Shown here: in pieces, positions 52,990-62,628 of the stretch
Numbering within the stretch: position 1 is the stretch's first letter
Layout of the letters: each line of letters opens with the position of its first letter
Assembly (NCBI GenBank): GCA_977020255.1
Contig: CDROCS010003817.1
Coordinates: forward strand, 1-64,000
Source: Obrimoposthia wandeli
Taxonomy: Eukaryota
Reading direction: 5' to 3'
DNA: 64,000 nt
Translations under genes and position numbers: made by a program
The notes under the pieces: model-generated
Told to the model about the DNA's origin: nothing
What the model saw: the letters and a program-made list of their open reading frames with translations, nothing else
The model's database searches: none

Positions 52990-54594
52990 TTAACCCAATT
53001 GCGCAAAAAGACATCGGTTACGGCCTTGCTCTTTTGCCGCATACATTGCTTTATCTGCTGCTTGATATAACTGGGAAAAATCGCTGCCATTGATATCACT
53101 AACAGCCACACCAACTGAAATAGATAATTCAGGCATTTGAGAAAATTCTTGCGAGCCAATAATAGAAAACTGCTCACGCATAGTATCTGCTTTCAGCATG
53201 GCATCTTGTGCTGATATTTTAGTCAGCAGTATCAAAAACTCTTCTCCACCATAGCGACATACTATATCTTGTGATCTACATGTTTGCTCTAACACTTTGG
53301 CAAGTAACTGTAGAACACTATCCCCTGCACTGTGGCCATAATTATCATTTACTTCTTTAAAGCGATCCACATCAACCATTAAAAGAGCAAAAGGCTCTTG
53401 CTTGTGAGCATAAAAACTTTCCATTTCTTGTTCGAAATAGCGTCTGTTACAAAGACCGGTTAGCACATCGCGTGTCGCTTGCTGGTGCAACTCATTTTTT
53501 AACTGTGTAATTTCTTCAACTTTAGCATTGAGCTCAGTATTAGATAAACGCAATTCATTTTCTAACTCTTTCTGCTCAGTAATATCGGTTGATATACCAA
53601 TAAAACGATCAACAATGCCCTCCTCGTTTTCTAAAGGTATTTTTACACTCCAATAGTAAAAGGTTTTATCCTCAGTATTAAAGGTTTCGATGCAGGTCAA
53701 CTTTTCTTTTGTTTCAAATACCACCCTATCAGTACAAGAAAACTCTTCCCCTTGCTCTTTTCCCAATAACTCTTCATTAGAGCGGCCTACTATCTGATCG
53801 GACGTTAACTGAAACAATTCCTCAGTCAGTCTATTTACATACAAAAATCGAAAATCTTGGTCTTTTATAAAAATATAACCGCCCGCATTATCCAAAATTG
53901 AAGAAAGCTTTTGCTCGTTATCCCGGTTTCGCTTTTGTAGGTTTTTTTGCTCAGATATATCAATAGAGATTCCAAAGAGCCCATCTAACTGCCCTTGCAT
54001 ACTATATAGTGGCTTCTTTATAGATAAGTAATGTCGATACTCTTCAAATTGCGGTAAATAATTGTATTCTTCTTGTTTTATTACTTCCCCTAATTCTATA
54101 ACGTCCCTATCACACACCTCTTGTAAATACTTACCGGTCTCTTCTCCAAAAAGTTTACAGTCATCCTCCCCAATTAAATCTTCCAACTTACACTGAAATA
54201 ATTCACAGACTAATTGATTAGCATAGGTATATTTATAATTTTTATCTTTACAGTAAACATAGGCACCTAAATTATCCAATAGGCCGTAAAAATAGTCTAA
54301 ATCTTGGTTAGAAGCCTTAGCTAACGTAAGGTGCAATAGCGCAAGTTCACGCCCATCTAGGTCGAACTTCGAACACGATAAACAAATATGTAAACCTTTG
54401 AATGATACGACGACGCTTTCAATTACTATGGTTTTTTTTAATAATGGAACAATCGTCTTATTCCAAGTAGCTCCATTGAGTTGATCCAATGTAACACCTA
54501 GTAGTTGCTCAACAGCAGGATTTTGGTAGATAGCGAGAAAGCTTTGCGGACAAACCAGGACATAAGCTTGTTTTAATTGATCAAAAATTTTCAT
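52990..54594 (-). CDS. PAS-PAS-GGDEF diguanylate cyclase
   Basis: Two similar PAS_4 repeats (LDNLGAYVYCKD / LDNAGGYIFIKD), coiled coil, DVLTGLCNRR, RSQD I-site, intact GGEEF. Confidence 0.93.
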   Translation of the reverse strand: MKIFDQLKQAYVLVCPQSFLAIYQNPAVEQLLGVTLDQLNGATWNKTIVPLLKKTIVIESVVVSFKGLHICLSCSKFDLDGRELALLHLTLAKASNQDLDYFYGLLDNLGAYVYCKDKNYKYTYANQLVCELFQCKLEDLIGEDDCKLFGEETGKYLQEVCDRDVIELGEVIKQEEYNYLPQFEEYRHYLSIKKPLYSMQGQLDGLFGISIDISEQKNLQKRNRDNEQKLSSILDNAGGYIFIKDQDFRFLYVNRLTEELFQLTSDQIVGRSNEELLGKEQGEEFSCTDRVVFETKEKLTCIETFNTEDKTFYYWSVKIPLENEEGIVDRFIGISTDITEQKELENELRLSNTELNAKVEEITQLKNELHQQATRDVLTGLCNRRYFEQEMESFYAHKQEPFALLMVDVDRFKEVNDNYGHSAGDSVLQLLAKVLEQTCRSQDIVCRYGGEEFLILLTKISAQDAMLKADTMREQFSIIGSQEFSQMPELSISVGVAVSDINGSDFSQLYQAADKAMYAAKEQGRNRCLFAQLG

Positions 54595-55019
54595 AAAGGT
54601 CCTACTTAGGTCAATACACTATAAAATGCGGCTAATATTTTATCCTGATCTCCTATTGATGCTCACTAGAAAAGGTTACAGTTCCAATAAATGACCCTTT
54701 TATTATTAACTCAGTGTAGTTCTAATTCCTAGAAAATGATGATCATTTGGCTAATAAAATGACTTTTCGTTACATAATTACGCGTTTTTCTTAATATCAG
54801 ATAGCTAGTAGTGCTTATTATCCCTAAAGGCGGCCATTTAAAGTGCACCTTTACTTCATATCAAACCTGCGTAAAGCACAGGTAATATGTTAAAGACTAA
54901 ACGATAAGGTGTAGGTAAATCGAAAAAATCTGTACTGAGGCTATCAACTTGTTGTGGTTAAGTAAGTGTAATAAAAGAGTGCCTATAATTGTAGCGAAAT
55001 GAATGTCTAATATGTAAAT

Positions 55020-56030
55020 TTATTGGCTTCTGACTTGAGCGCTAGATTGGCGAATAACCAAATGAGAATCTATTAATTGACTCATAATTGGCTGAGCATG
55101 TTCAATACGGTTAACCAATGCTTCAGCAGTAGCTCGCCCCATGCGTATAGAAGGAGTGTGCACACTAGTTAAGCCTGGATTGCTAACAGCAGCCCAGTCT
55201 TGATCATCAAAACCCGTCACTGATAATTGCTCTGGAATACTTATGCTTGCCCTTTGTGCTTCTAACAAAACCCCCATCGCCAAAACATCTGAAGTACAAA
55301 TCAGCGCGGTATATTTATCTATTTGACTCAGCAACTCTTTCGCTATCAGGCAACTGGCTTCAAGGCTTAGCTGTGTTTCACTAATTTCAACCTGTGTCAC
55401 CCCTGCTTTAGTTAGACTATCTAAAACCCCATCGACCCTTATACGCGTTCTATCTATTAACGAGCGTTTACCCGAAAGAATATGAAACGTACGGTGCCCT
55501 AAATCAAGTAAATGCCGGGCAATACTTCGCCCCATATTATAGTTATCGTATCCAATGGTCGGCCATTCATAATCAACATCATATAAACTAGTACAAATTA
55601 ATGGCAGGTTACGTGCTTTAATTAGATCCAATATGTGGGGGTCGTGTTCTGCACCTGAAAGAATGAGACCTTCTATTCCCATTTTTAATAACGCCTCAAC
55701 CCTACCGCTTTCACTGGCACGATCAAACCCACAAGTGGCAACGATTAAAGCGTACCCTTCATCAGCGAGCGAGCGCTCTATCGAATCAATAAAGCGAGCA
55801 AAGATAGAGTTATCTATAGTGGGTATAACAATACCAATTGTGAAAGAGCGATTCATCGTCAGTGATCTTGCCGCACTATTAGGCATATAATTTAGGGTAC
55901 TGGCTGCTTTTAACACTTTTTCTCGGGTGTTTGGGCGTACACCACTCGCTTGATTATAGACTCGCGATACTGTGGCAACTGAAACATTGGCAAGTTTGGC
56001 TACTTGGCGTATGCCGCTTTGTTCTGACAC
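55020..56030 (-). CDS. LacI-family regulator
   Basis: IRQVAKLANVSVATVSRV HTH, AARSL hinge, SVTGFDD; last gene of the tdm-ABC cluster. Confidence 0.93.
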   Translation of the reverse strand: MSEQSGIRQVAKLANVSVATVSRVYNQASGVRPNTREKVLKAASTLNYMPNSAARSLTMNRSFTIGIVIPTIDNSIFARFIDSIERSLADEGYALIVATCGFDRASESGRVEALLKMGIEGLILSGAEHDPHILDLIKARNLPLICTSLYDVDYEWPTIGYDNYNMGRSIARHLLDLGHRTFHILSGKRSLIDRTRIRVDGVLDSLTKAGVTQVEISETQLSLEASCLIAKELLSQIDKYTALICTSDVLAMGVLLEAQRASISIPEQLSVTGFDDQDWAAVSNPGLTSVHTPSIRMGRATAEALVNRIEHAQPIMSQLIDSHLVIRQSSAQVRSQ

Positions 56031-56141
56031 TAATTTACATCCCTACGCATGTTTGAGAGCTAAAAATATTACTTTAAATTCAATGTAATTGAAAGCAACA
56101 AGCAAAGGGGCACTGCCCCAATTGCCCTTGCCTTTAAGAGT

Positions 56142-57716
56142 TTAACGCTTACCTTGTATAATCCGATCAAGCACCATTGAACAGATCAAGATTGCAAATC
56201 CGGCCAATATCCCTTCACCCGTCGATGCGTACTGTAGTGCATCTAATACATCTTCACCCAGCCCTTTCGCACCAATCAAGGAAGCAATAACCACCATCGC
56301 TAGGCTCATCATGATGGTTTGGTTAACCCCAGTCATAATTGTTTTAATAGCCAATGGTAAATCGACCTTAAAGAGCAGGTATGCAGGTGTTGCACCAAAG
56401 GCAATGGCCGCTTCACGTACATGCCCTGGCACCCCTTGTAAACCTAATACTGTCAGGCGAATAACTGGCGGACTCCCAAAAACCAAGGTCGCTAGAATTG
56501 CTGCCGGTTTACCTGTTCCAAAGAACGCTATAATTGGAATTAAATAGACGAACGATGGCATAGTTTGCATAAAATCCAATACCGGTCGAATAAAGGTATA
56601 CACCCTTGGTTTACGTGCGCACAAAATACCAATGGGTATGCCCAGTGAGATACTGACTAAAGCAGCAGCACCTAGTAGTGATACCGTTGCCATTGCTTTA
56701 TCCCAAAAGCCAAGTAAACCTAAATACAGTAGACCTGCTATTACAAAGATAGCCACCCTAGGCCCAGCACACTGCCAAGCTAACAGGGCAATAAACAGCA
56801 TGACAACAGGCCAAGGAGTACCGACAAAGAGTGTCTCTAATCCATCAAGTAATACTCTCACTGCATCTGTAATATTGTTAAATACGCCAGATCCCGCCAC
56901 AGTTGCATAGTCAAACCAAGATTTCAAACCGTCACTAATAGTGATACGGACTCCTTCAGGTGCCGGAAAAGTCTGCAATAAACTCCAGCTTGTCGGGAAC
57001 GAAAACTGTGCAGCAGCTAAACCGTAAACTATTGCAACTATTACCAGGCCTAAACCCGCACGCTGCATGGAGAGTCCGTGAGGTATTTTCTTATTCGAAC
57101 GCCACAAAGTAAAACGCTTTTCCAGTGCCATATTCCCAAGCAGACCTTGTGCTATTTTAAATGTAACTAGTAATATTAACCCAAATATCAGTAGCGACAT
57201 ACGCTCAGCTTCAAGCTCTTGCGCTTGGGTCAGCGCTTGTTGAATTGCATTCTCAAGCGAATTGACGATACGTTTTAAGCCTGGAACATTACCTGCTCCG
57301 TTTTCAATTGCTGTACTTAGCTGCTCTCTTCGCTGCTCTAAGGTACTACCTATTCTTGCAGCACGTTGCTTAGACTCTGCACCTAAATCACTAAAAACCC
57401 CCAGTGATATTTGAATAAACGCGAAAGCTTCTAATAAGATAAAGATTAAGAACCAGTTCCACAGACCACGCGCAGCGAACCAAACGGGCCCAAAAACTGC
57501 CGCAAACAAATTAAAACTCCGTACGGGTTTATTCGAACGGCTAATGCGGACAAATTCTTTTTTATAATACTCACTGTTAGCAACACAATATTGATCTATT
57601 AATACATCTACGCGGTTTTGATATGCTTGTGTGCTTGGGTTATTTATTTTAGTCTGCTCCTTTAACTCTACTGTTTCATCACTGCTGTTATCCGCTTGCA
57701 TAATGGGACTTTTCAT
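56142..57716 (-). CDS. Betaine/proline-family ABC permease (ProW-like) with large N-terminal extension
   Basis: C-terminal RPVLDFMQTMPSFVYLIP and EAAIAFGA motifs; N-terminal FNLFAAVFGPVWFAARGLW segment plus coiled coil. Confidence 0.9.
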   Translation of the reverse strand: MKSPIMQADNSSDETVELKEQTKINNPSTQAYQNRVDVLIDQYCVANSEYYKKEFVRISRSNKPVRSFNLFAAVFGPVWFAARGLWNWFLIFILLEAFAFIQISLGVFSDLGAESKQRAARIGSTLEQRREQLSTAIENGAGNVPGLKRIVNSLENAIQQALTQAQELEAERMSLLIFGLILLVTFKIAQGLLGNMALEKRFTLWRSNKKIPHGLSMQRAGLGLVIVAIVYGLAAAQFSFPTSWSLLQTFPAPEGVRITISDGLKSWFDYATVAGSGVFNNITDAVRVLLDGLETLFVGTPWPVVMLFIALLAWQCAGPRVAIFVIAGLLYLGLLGFWDKAMATVSLLGAAALVSISLGIPIGILCARKPRVYTFIRPVLDFMQTMPSFVYLIPIIAFFGTGKPAAILATLVFGSPPVIRLTVLGLQGVPGHVREAAIAFGATPAYLLFKVDLPLAIKTIMTGVNQTIMMSLAMVVIASLIGAKGLGEDVLDALQYASTGEGILAGFAILICSMVLDRIIQGKR

Positions 57717-58792
57717 TGTGATCCTCCATTACCTTGAATACCGCGCATTATATCAACACGATCAATCACACCAACGACTTCAGTATTACCCGCAGCCGAT
57801 TGTTCAGTGACTAAAAGAGGACCATCCCACTCAATCGATTGGCTAATCAATTCATTGAGATCCGCTTTTGAACCTACTTTAGGTGCATCTGCTGATATAG
57901 AGCCGTGTATTTTTGTATAACTTTCTAGCGGCTTCATTAAGGAAGCAGCATGTACAAATTTCAACCGAGAAATGCTGGCCACAAAATCGCTGACATAATC
58001 ATCCACAGGATTAGTCACTATATCTTCTGGCGTGCCTATTTGAATAATTCGACCATCTTTCATAATAGCTATACGATGACCTATGCGAATAGCCTCATCT
58101 AAATCATGAGTGATAAATAACGTAGTTTTTTTCATCACTTTTGCCAATTCCATAAACTGATCTTGCAATTGGCGTCTTATTAGCGGGTCTAGTGCGCTAA
58201 AAGGCTCGTCCATCAACAGCACTTGCGGGTTCGCTGCTATTGCTCTGGCCAGTCCTACTCGCTGTTGCATACCACCAGAGAGTTCGTGGGCATATTTATC
58301 CTCCCAGCCTTTCAAATCGACTAACTGTAGAACGCGTTCTGCTTCTTGCCAGCGTGTTGCTTTAGGTACGTTTCTAATCTCCAGTGGCATTGCCACATTA
58401 TCGCGAACCGTTCGATGCGGCATTAAACCAAAGTTTTGAAACACCATTGCAATTCTTTGGTTTCTCAACTCTCTCAATTGTTTAACGTCCAGTGCGACTA
58501 CATCATCTCCTTGTACTTGTATTTGCCCAGAAGATGGTTCCAATAAGCGGTTTACGTGCCTTACTAATGTAGATTTACCACTACCTGATAAACCCATAAT
58601 GCAAAATATTTCCCCTTCTGCTACTTCAAAACTAGCGTCAGCTACACCCACTACGCAGTCATATTCTTCAAGTACTTGCTGTTTGCTAATGCCTTTTTCT
58701 TGAACAGCGTGTAACGCTTCTTGCCAGCGCTCACCAAATATTTTCCAGACACCTTCTACTTTGATAGCGGGTTGTTGAATGTGTGTATTCAC
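57713..58792 (-). CDS. Betaine/proline-family ABC ATPase (ProV-like)
   Basis: MGLSGSGKST, LSGGMQQRVG, MDEPFSALDPLIR. Confidence 0.95.
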   Translation of the reverse strand: MNTHIQQPAIKVEGVWKIFGERWQEALHAVQEKGISKQQVLEEYDCVVGVADASFEVAEGEIFCIMGLSGSGKSTLVRHVNRLLEPSSGQIQVQGDDVVALDVKQLRELRNQRIAMVFQNFGLMPHRTVRDNVAMPLEIRNVPKATRWQEAERVLQLVDLKGWEDKYAHELSGGMQQRVGLARAIAANPQVLLMDEPFSALDPLIRRQLQDQFMELAKVMKKTTLFITHDLDEAIRIGHRIAIMKDGRIIQIGTPEDIVTNPVDDYVSDFVASISRLKFVHAASLMKPLESYTKIHGSISADAPKVGSKADLNELISQSIEWDGPLLVTEQSAAGNTEVVGVIDRVDIMRGIQGNGGSQ

Positions 58793-58861
58793 CGAGTATT
58801 CCCTTGTGCTAAAAGCAGATTACGATGCTCGAAATCTGCTAATTATTACGAAAAGCTGGTA

Positions 58862-59830
58862 TTACAGACCAAGCCACTTATCAACTGTTTCACTGTTTGC
58901 ATCAACCCAAGCTTTGGCGACATCAGCAGGTAGTTTTTTATCAATAACCACTGCATGTGTCATAGCGCTAATCGCACTGTTATCCAAATCAATGTTTTTC
59001 AAAAAGTTTGCTACTTCTGGATTACGCTTTTCTAGCGATGCAGAATAGGCGACCCGTACAGTTTTTTTCGCATCGCCGCTACTAATGTGTGACTTCTCGA
59101 ACCACTTAGGGTCTTGATCAGGCTGAATCATACGGTATTTATCCGGATTGTTTTCTGGCTCTTCCACCATAGTGACATCATAAAGTTTGTGCACAAAATG
59201 CGGGTTATAACAGTAAAAAACAACACCTTGGCGTTTCTTAATTGCAGCCGCAACTTTTGCATAAAACACTGCTTCATCTTCAGTACTTGGCTCAAGGAAA
59301 TCCTGAATCCCATAATCACGCACTTTTACTTGATTGATTTTGGTTGATCCCCAACCCGGTGCTCCTACCCAAATTTCTCCTTTACCATCGTTATTCAAAT
59401 CAAACAGTTTCTGCGCTTCTGGTGTGGCAAGATCATAAATTGATTTTATATTGTGCTCGGTTTTCATGTAGCTAGGCATACAAAAACCACTGACTCCTGA
59501 ATAAGATCCTTCACTGAGTCTTACGGTTTTATTTTCGTTAACGTATTTATTAGTGAAGCTCTGTTGGTTGGGTAGCCAAACATCGGGATGAACATCGATG
59601 TCTCCTCGCCCTTTGTCCATGCCTGCATAAATTGCAGCATTAGCACCTGGTGCCAACCCGACCTGCGCTCCCAACTTTTCGCTGGCAACCACCTTTATTA
59701 CATTGGCAATTATTTTTGCCCCAGGCCAACTGGGCTCACCAATGGTTATTTTATCAGTGGCCTGTGCCTGACTTATTAACAAACTTGACACACTAAAGGC
59801 GATTAATAGAGGGTTACGAATTATTTTCAT
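58862..59830 (-). CDS. Betaine/proline-family ABC substrate-binding protein (ProX-like)
   Basis: Signal peptide, EPSWPG, DIDVHPDVWLPN, GAPGW, FYCYNPH. Confidence 0.9.
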   Translation of the reverse strand: MKIIRNPLLIAFSVSSLLISQAQATDKITIGEPSWPGAKIIANVIKVVASEKLGAQVGLAPGANAAIYAGMDKGRGDIDVHPDVWLPNQQSFTNKYVNENKTVRLSEGSYSGVSGFCMPSYMKTEHNIKSIYDLATPEAQKLFDLNNDGKGEIWVGAPGWGSTKINQVKVRDYGIQDFLEPSTEDEAVFYAKVAAAIKKRQGVVFYCYNPHFVHKLYDVTMVEEPENNPDKYRMIQPDQDPKWFEKSHISSGDAKKTVRVAYSASLEKRNPEVANFLKNIDLDNSAISAMTHAVVIDKKLPADVAKAWVDANSETVDKWLGL

Positions 59831-59886
59831 GATGACTCCTGTTATTATTTTTTGAATGAGATCTTATTACGCTAATTTCTACAGAA

Positions 59887-62301
59887 TCAACTGCGTGCTT
59901 TGATCCGCTGTGGATCGATAAATGGCAAGCTACATACCTTTGCATTTAAGCGTTTCATGTGGCCATCTAGCCTGCCTATTTCGAATATTTGATCGTTTTC
60001 ACTAAGCTCAATAGAGACTCTAGCCATAGCGATAACTTGTTTTAGCTGTGCGGAGTAAACAGCACTCGTTATTGACCCTACACTCTGGCGATTTACGTAA
60101 ACGGTATCGCCATGATGTGCAAGTTCTTCACCTTCAATAATTAACCCTATTAGCTTCTTGCGCGGTGCAAGCCGATTGCGCTCAATCGCCGCTCTACCTG
60201 AAAAATTTTCATTGCGCATATCTATTGCAAAACCTAATCCCGCTTCATCTGGTTCAATATCATCACCAAACTCTGCACCGTTAATCATCAGTGCGGCTTC
60301 TACACGTAACATTTCTAAGGCATCGTTACCCATTGGGCTCACGTTAAACTCTTCACCCTCTTTAAATACAGCATCCCATAAAGCAGTAGCATCTCGATGA
60401 TCACAAAACAACTCATAGCCCAGCTCGCCAGTAAAGCCACTGCGCGTCAGCATAAACGGAATACCATCGCGGTTATAACAGCGTGCAATCGCACAGCCAA
60501 ACCACTTTATGTTATCTAATGAAGGTTGAGTCGGCTGGGTGAACACCAGCTTTTGCAGTAAATCTCTACTGCGAGGACCCTGAATAGACAAATTACAGAG
60601 CTTAAGTGTTAAGTCTTTGATCCACACCTTAAGATTATGTTGCTCGGCTAGGTCTTGTAAATGACGAGCAGACTCATCGCTACCACAACACCAACGAAAC
60701 AAATCAGCTGCTAACCTAAACAATGTGCCATCATCTATTACACTGCCCTGTTCAGAACATACCAGCGCATAGTATCCTCGATGCACTGCTAATCGGCTAA
60801 TATCGCGAGTAAGCGCCAGTTGTAACAGTTTCTCTGAATCTGGACCGTAGATATCTAACTTACGAAGGTTAGACATATCTTGAACGGTCACATTATCTTT
60901 ACAATTCCAATACTCCCCAGCGGCACCACTGCTATCAAATACTTGCGGTAGCCAATAGTTACGAGCATTTTGAAACCGCTGTGTAAGCGCACTAGTACGT
61001 GGGTGAAATGGCGTTTCGATACTCATAAAAGGGGGTGACTCCGGCAGTGAACGATAAGCAATAGAACGGGGAATTTCCGCTTGAGAATGATAAATACGTA
61101 CGTGGATGTCTGTTGGGTTCCAACCGTTTATCGGGTCGATATCATCAGGGCAAGCAGTGCTCACACAGGTTACATCTGTCAATGCTCTCATTAGCACATA
61201 ATCACCTGGTCGAGACCAAGACTCATCTGAACCCAAATGCTGGCTGTTTGGATCGATCCATGAATTGAAAAAGAAATTAATTGCAGGCCACGCCTTACGT
61301 GGACGTATTCCATATTGCGCATATGCCATAGATATATTATCTGAACAATTTACGTGACCTGGGAAGCCACGCTCAGTGTATCCATACTCAGTACAGGCCA
61401 ATGCAAACGTATCATGACGACCAACAGTATCTTGTACCATTGCAAGTAAGGGTTGAATGTCTTGATCGTAAAATTTATCTCCTAATCCCGGTTGCGGATA
61501 AGCGCCATGTGCTAAAGAGCGAGTGACTGTCGAGTCGATATAGCGCTCTTTTCCCTGCGTTAATGCTTGAGTGTTCATAGCCATAAAGTCAGAGCATTGT
61601 CTGCCCTGCACATCAATAATCTGAATGTATTCGCCTTTTTTTACCTGATATGCCGTACCTGTTGCTCGCGCAATACGAAATTCAGCGCGTATCGGGGCAA
61701 GCGCTTCAGGCAGTGCTTGGTCACAATTAAGCATTGGTGAATGTGTCACTTTGACTTTAAAATCACCCATTTCAGGCAAATACCCGCTGACTAATTGGCG
61801 ATTACTAAGAGGCACAGCCAATATCAAACTATAAGCTTGCTCAGCTTTAACCACTAATTCAGATACACTTTCTTGCAGTGAGCGAAACTCTAGACTACCT
61901 AGCTTAAAATCGCGGGCCATTAACCGCTGTGCGATTAAACGATCATCAAAACAACATCTATCTGTGGATTCTTTATTAGACTGGACTGCATCAATGTCCT
62001 CGACAGTGTAAATATTTGCCAAAGGCAAATGGCTAATAAAACTGGGTATATAAACACAGTTACTTAACGATTCATTCTTGGCCTTATCGTCAACGCTTAA
62101 TGCTGCTATTAACAATTCATGCCCGACCAGTTGAGTATCAAGAGTAAGTAGATCTTGTGCATTCAAATTAATCCACAATGCGTCTCCTGGCTGCATTTGG
62201 TGTAACTGCTGTGTCACTTTGGGGAAACCTGGGTAGCTAGATGAAATAGTATCTAACCCTCCACGAGCAGGGCTCCAAACTGGCACTGATAAATCACTCA
62301 T
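59887..62301 (-). CDS. tdm: DUF1989 + GcvT-type aminomethyltransferase; TMAO demethylase (Tdm)-like
   Basis: QCSD...GRHDTFALAC...GHVNCSDN...CPDDIDPINGWNPTDIHVRIY followed by a GcvT domain (TRSGFTGELGYE, LRVEAAL). Metal-ligand spacing matches Tdm. Start taken as ATG 62301 (62316 also possible). Confidence 0.75.
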   Translation of the reverse strand: MSDLSVPVWSPARGGLDTISSSYPGFPKVTQQLHQMQPGDALWINLNAQDLLTLDTQLVGHELLIAALSVDDKAKNESLSNCVYIPSFISHLPLANIYTVEDIDAVQSNKESTDRCCFDDRLIAQRLMARDFKLGSLEFRSLQESVSELVVKAEQAYSLILAVPLSNRQLVSGYLPEMGDFKVKVTHSPMLNCDQALPEALAPIRAEFRIARATGTAYQVKKGEYIQIIDVQGRQCSDFMAMNTQALTQGKERYIDSTVTRSLAHGAYPQPGLGDKFYDQDIQPLLAMVQDTVGRHDTFALACTEYGYTERGFPGHVNCSDNISMAYAQYGIRPRKAWPAINFFFNSWIDPNSQHLGSDESWSRPGDYVLMRALTDVTCVSTACPDDIDPINGWNPTDIHVRIYHSQAEIPRSIAYRSLPESPPFMSIETPFHPRTSALTQRFQNARNYWLPQVFDSSGAAGEYWNCKDNVTVQDMSNLRKLDIYGPDSEKLLQLALTRDISRLAVHRGYYALVCSEQGSVIDDGTLFRLAADLFRWCCGSDESARHLQDLAEQHNLKVWIKDLTLKLCNLSIQGPRSRDLLQKLVFTQPTQPSLDNIKWFGCAIARCYNRDGIPFMLTRSGFTGELGYELFCDHRDATALWDAVFKEGEEFNVSPMGNDALEMLRVEAALMINGAEFGDDIEPDEAGLGFAIDMRNENFSGRAAIERNRLAPRKKLIGLIIEGEELAHHGDTVYVNRQSVGSITSAVYSAQLKQVIAMARVSIELSENDQIFEIGRLDGHMKRLNAKVCSLPFIDPQRIKARS

Positions 62302-62384
62302 TGAAACAATCTCCATCGCAAAATAAAGCGACCGGTTGATTTGAATTTGGCGACTTAATATTGATTTAATAACTAACACCAAAT

Positions 62385-62404
62385 AAATGTAACCGGTTAC
62401 ATTT
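62385..62404. promoter_or_regulatory. LacI-type operator upstream of tdm
   Basis: Perfect 20-bp palindrome AAATGTAACCGGTTACATTT with central CG; the cluster ends in a LacI gene. Confidence 0.82.
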
Positions 62405-62434
62405 GAATTTAGATTAATTAATCTAAATTCAAAT
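62401..62434. repeat. Perfect 34-bp AT-rich palindrome
   Basis: ATTTGAATTTAGATTAA|TTAATCTAAATTCAAAT, no spacer; overlaps the LacI-type operator by 4 bp. Confidence 0.95.
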
Positions 62435-62522
62435 TGCAAGTATATAATTTAAACATTTCTTATTAATCAGGGATAGAAAAGGATCCTTTACGACCTGTTT
62501 TTACAGGCAAAACATTAGCAAA

Positions 62523-62628
62523 GTAAGCGATGTATGGACTCCACCACCTCACATACGTAGGCTGATGTATACGTAAACAAAGGAGTTCATACATGAATAA
62601 TTCTAACGTCATAAGCCTAAATTTAGCA
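62523..62628 (+). mobile_element. Relic left end of an IS110-family (IS1111-type) element
   Basis: ATGTATGGACTCC (62530-42), near-complement GGAGTTCATACAT (62582-94) forming the RBS/start, then ORF start MNNSNVISLNLA resembling the IS110 transposase N-terminus (M...VIAIDLAK); nothing further of the transposase remains. Confidence 0.6.

Noticed and set aside
54595-55019. Possible c-di-GMP riboswitch or sRNA upstream of the GGDEF gene
   Set aside because: No GEMM core motifs recognised; only a small hairpin consistent with a terminator.
55020-59830. Naming the LacI and ABC genes tmoR/tmoXWV
   Set aside because: The SBP does not match my recollection of characterised TmoX and I recall TmoR as a different regulator family; symbols left blank pending alignment.
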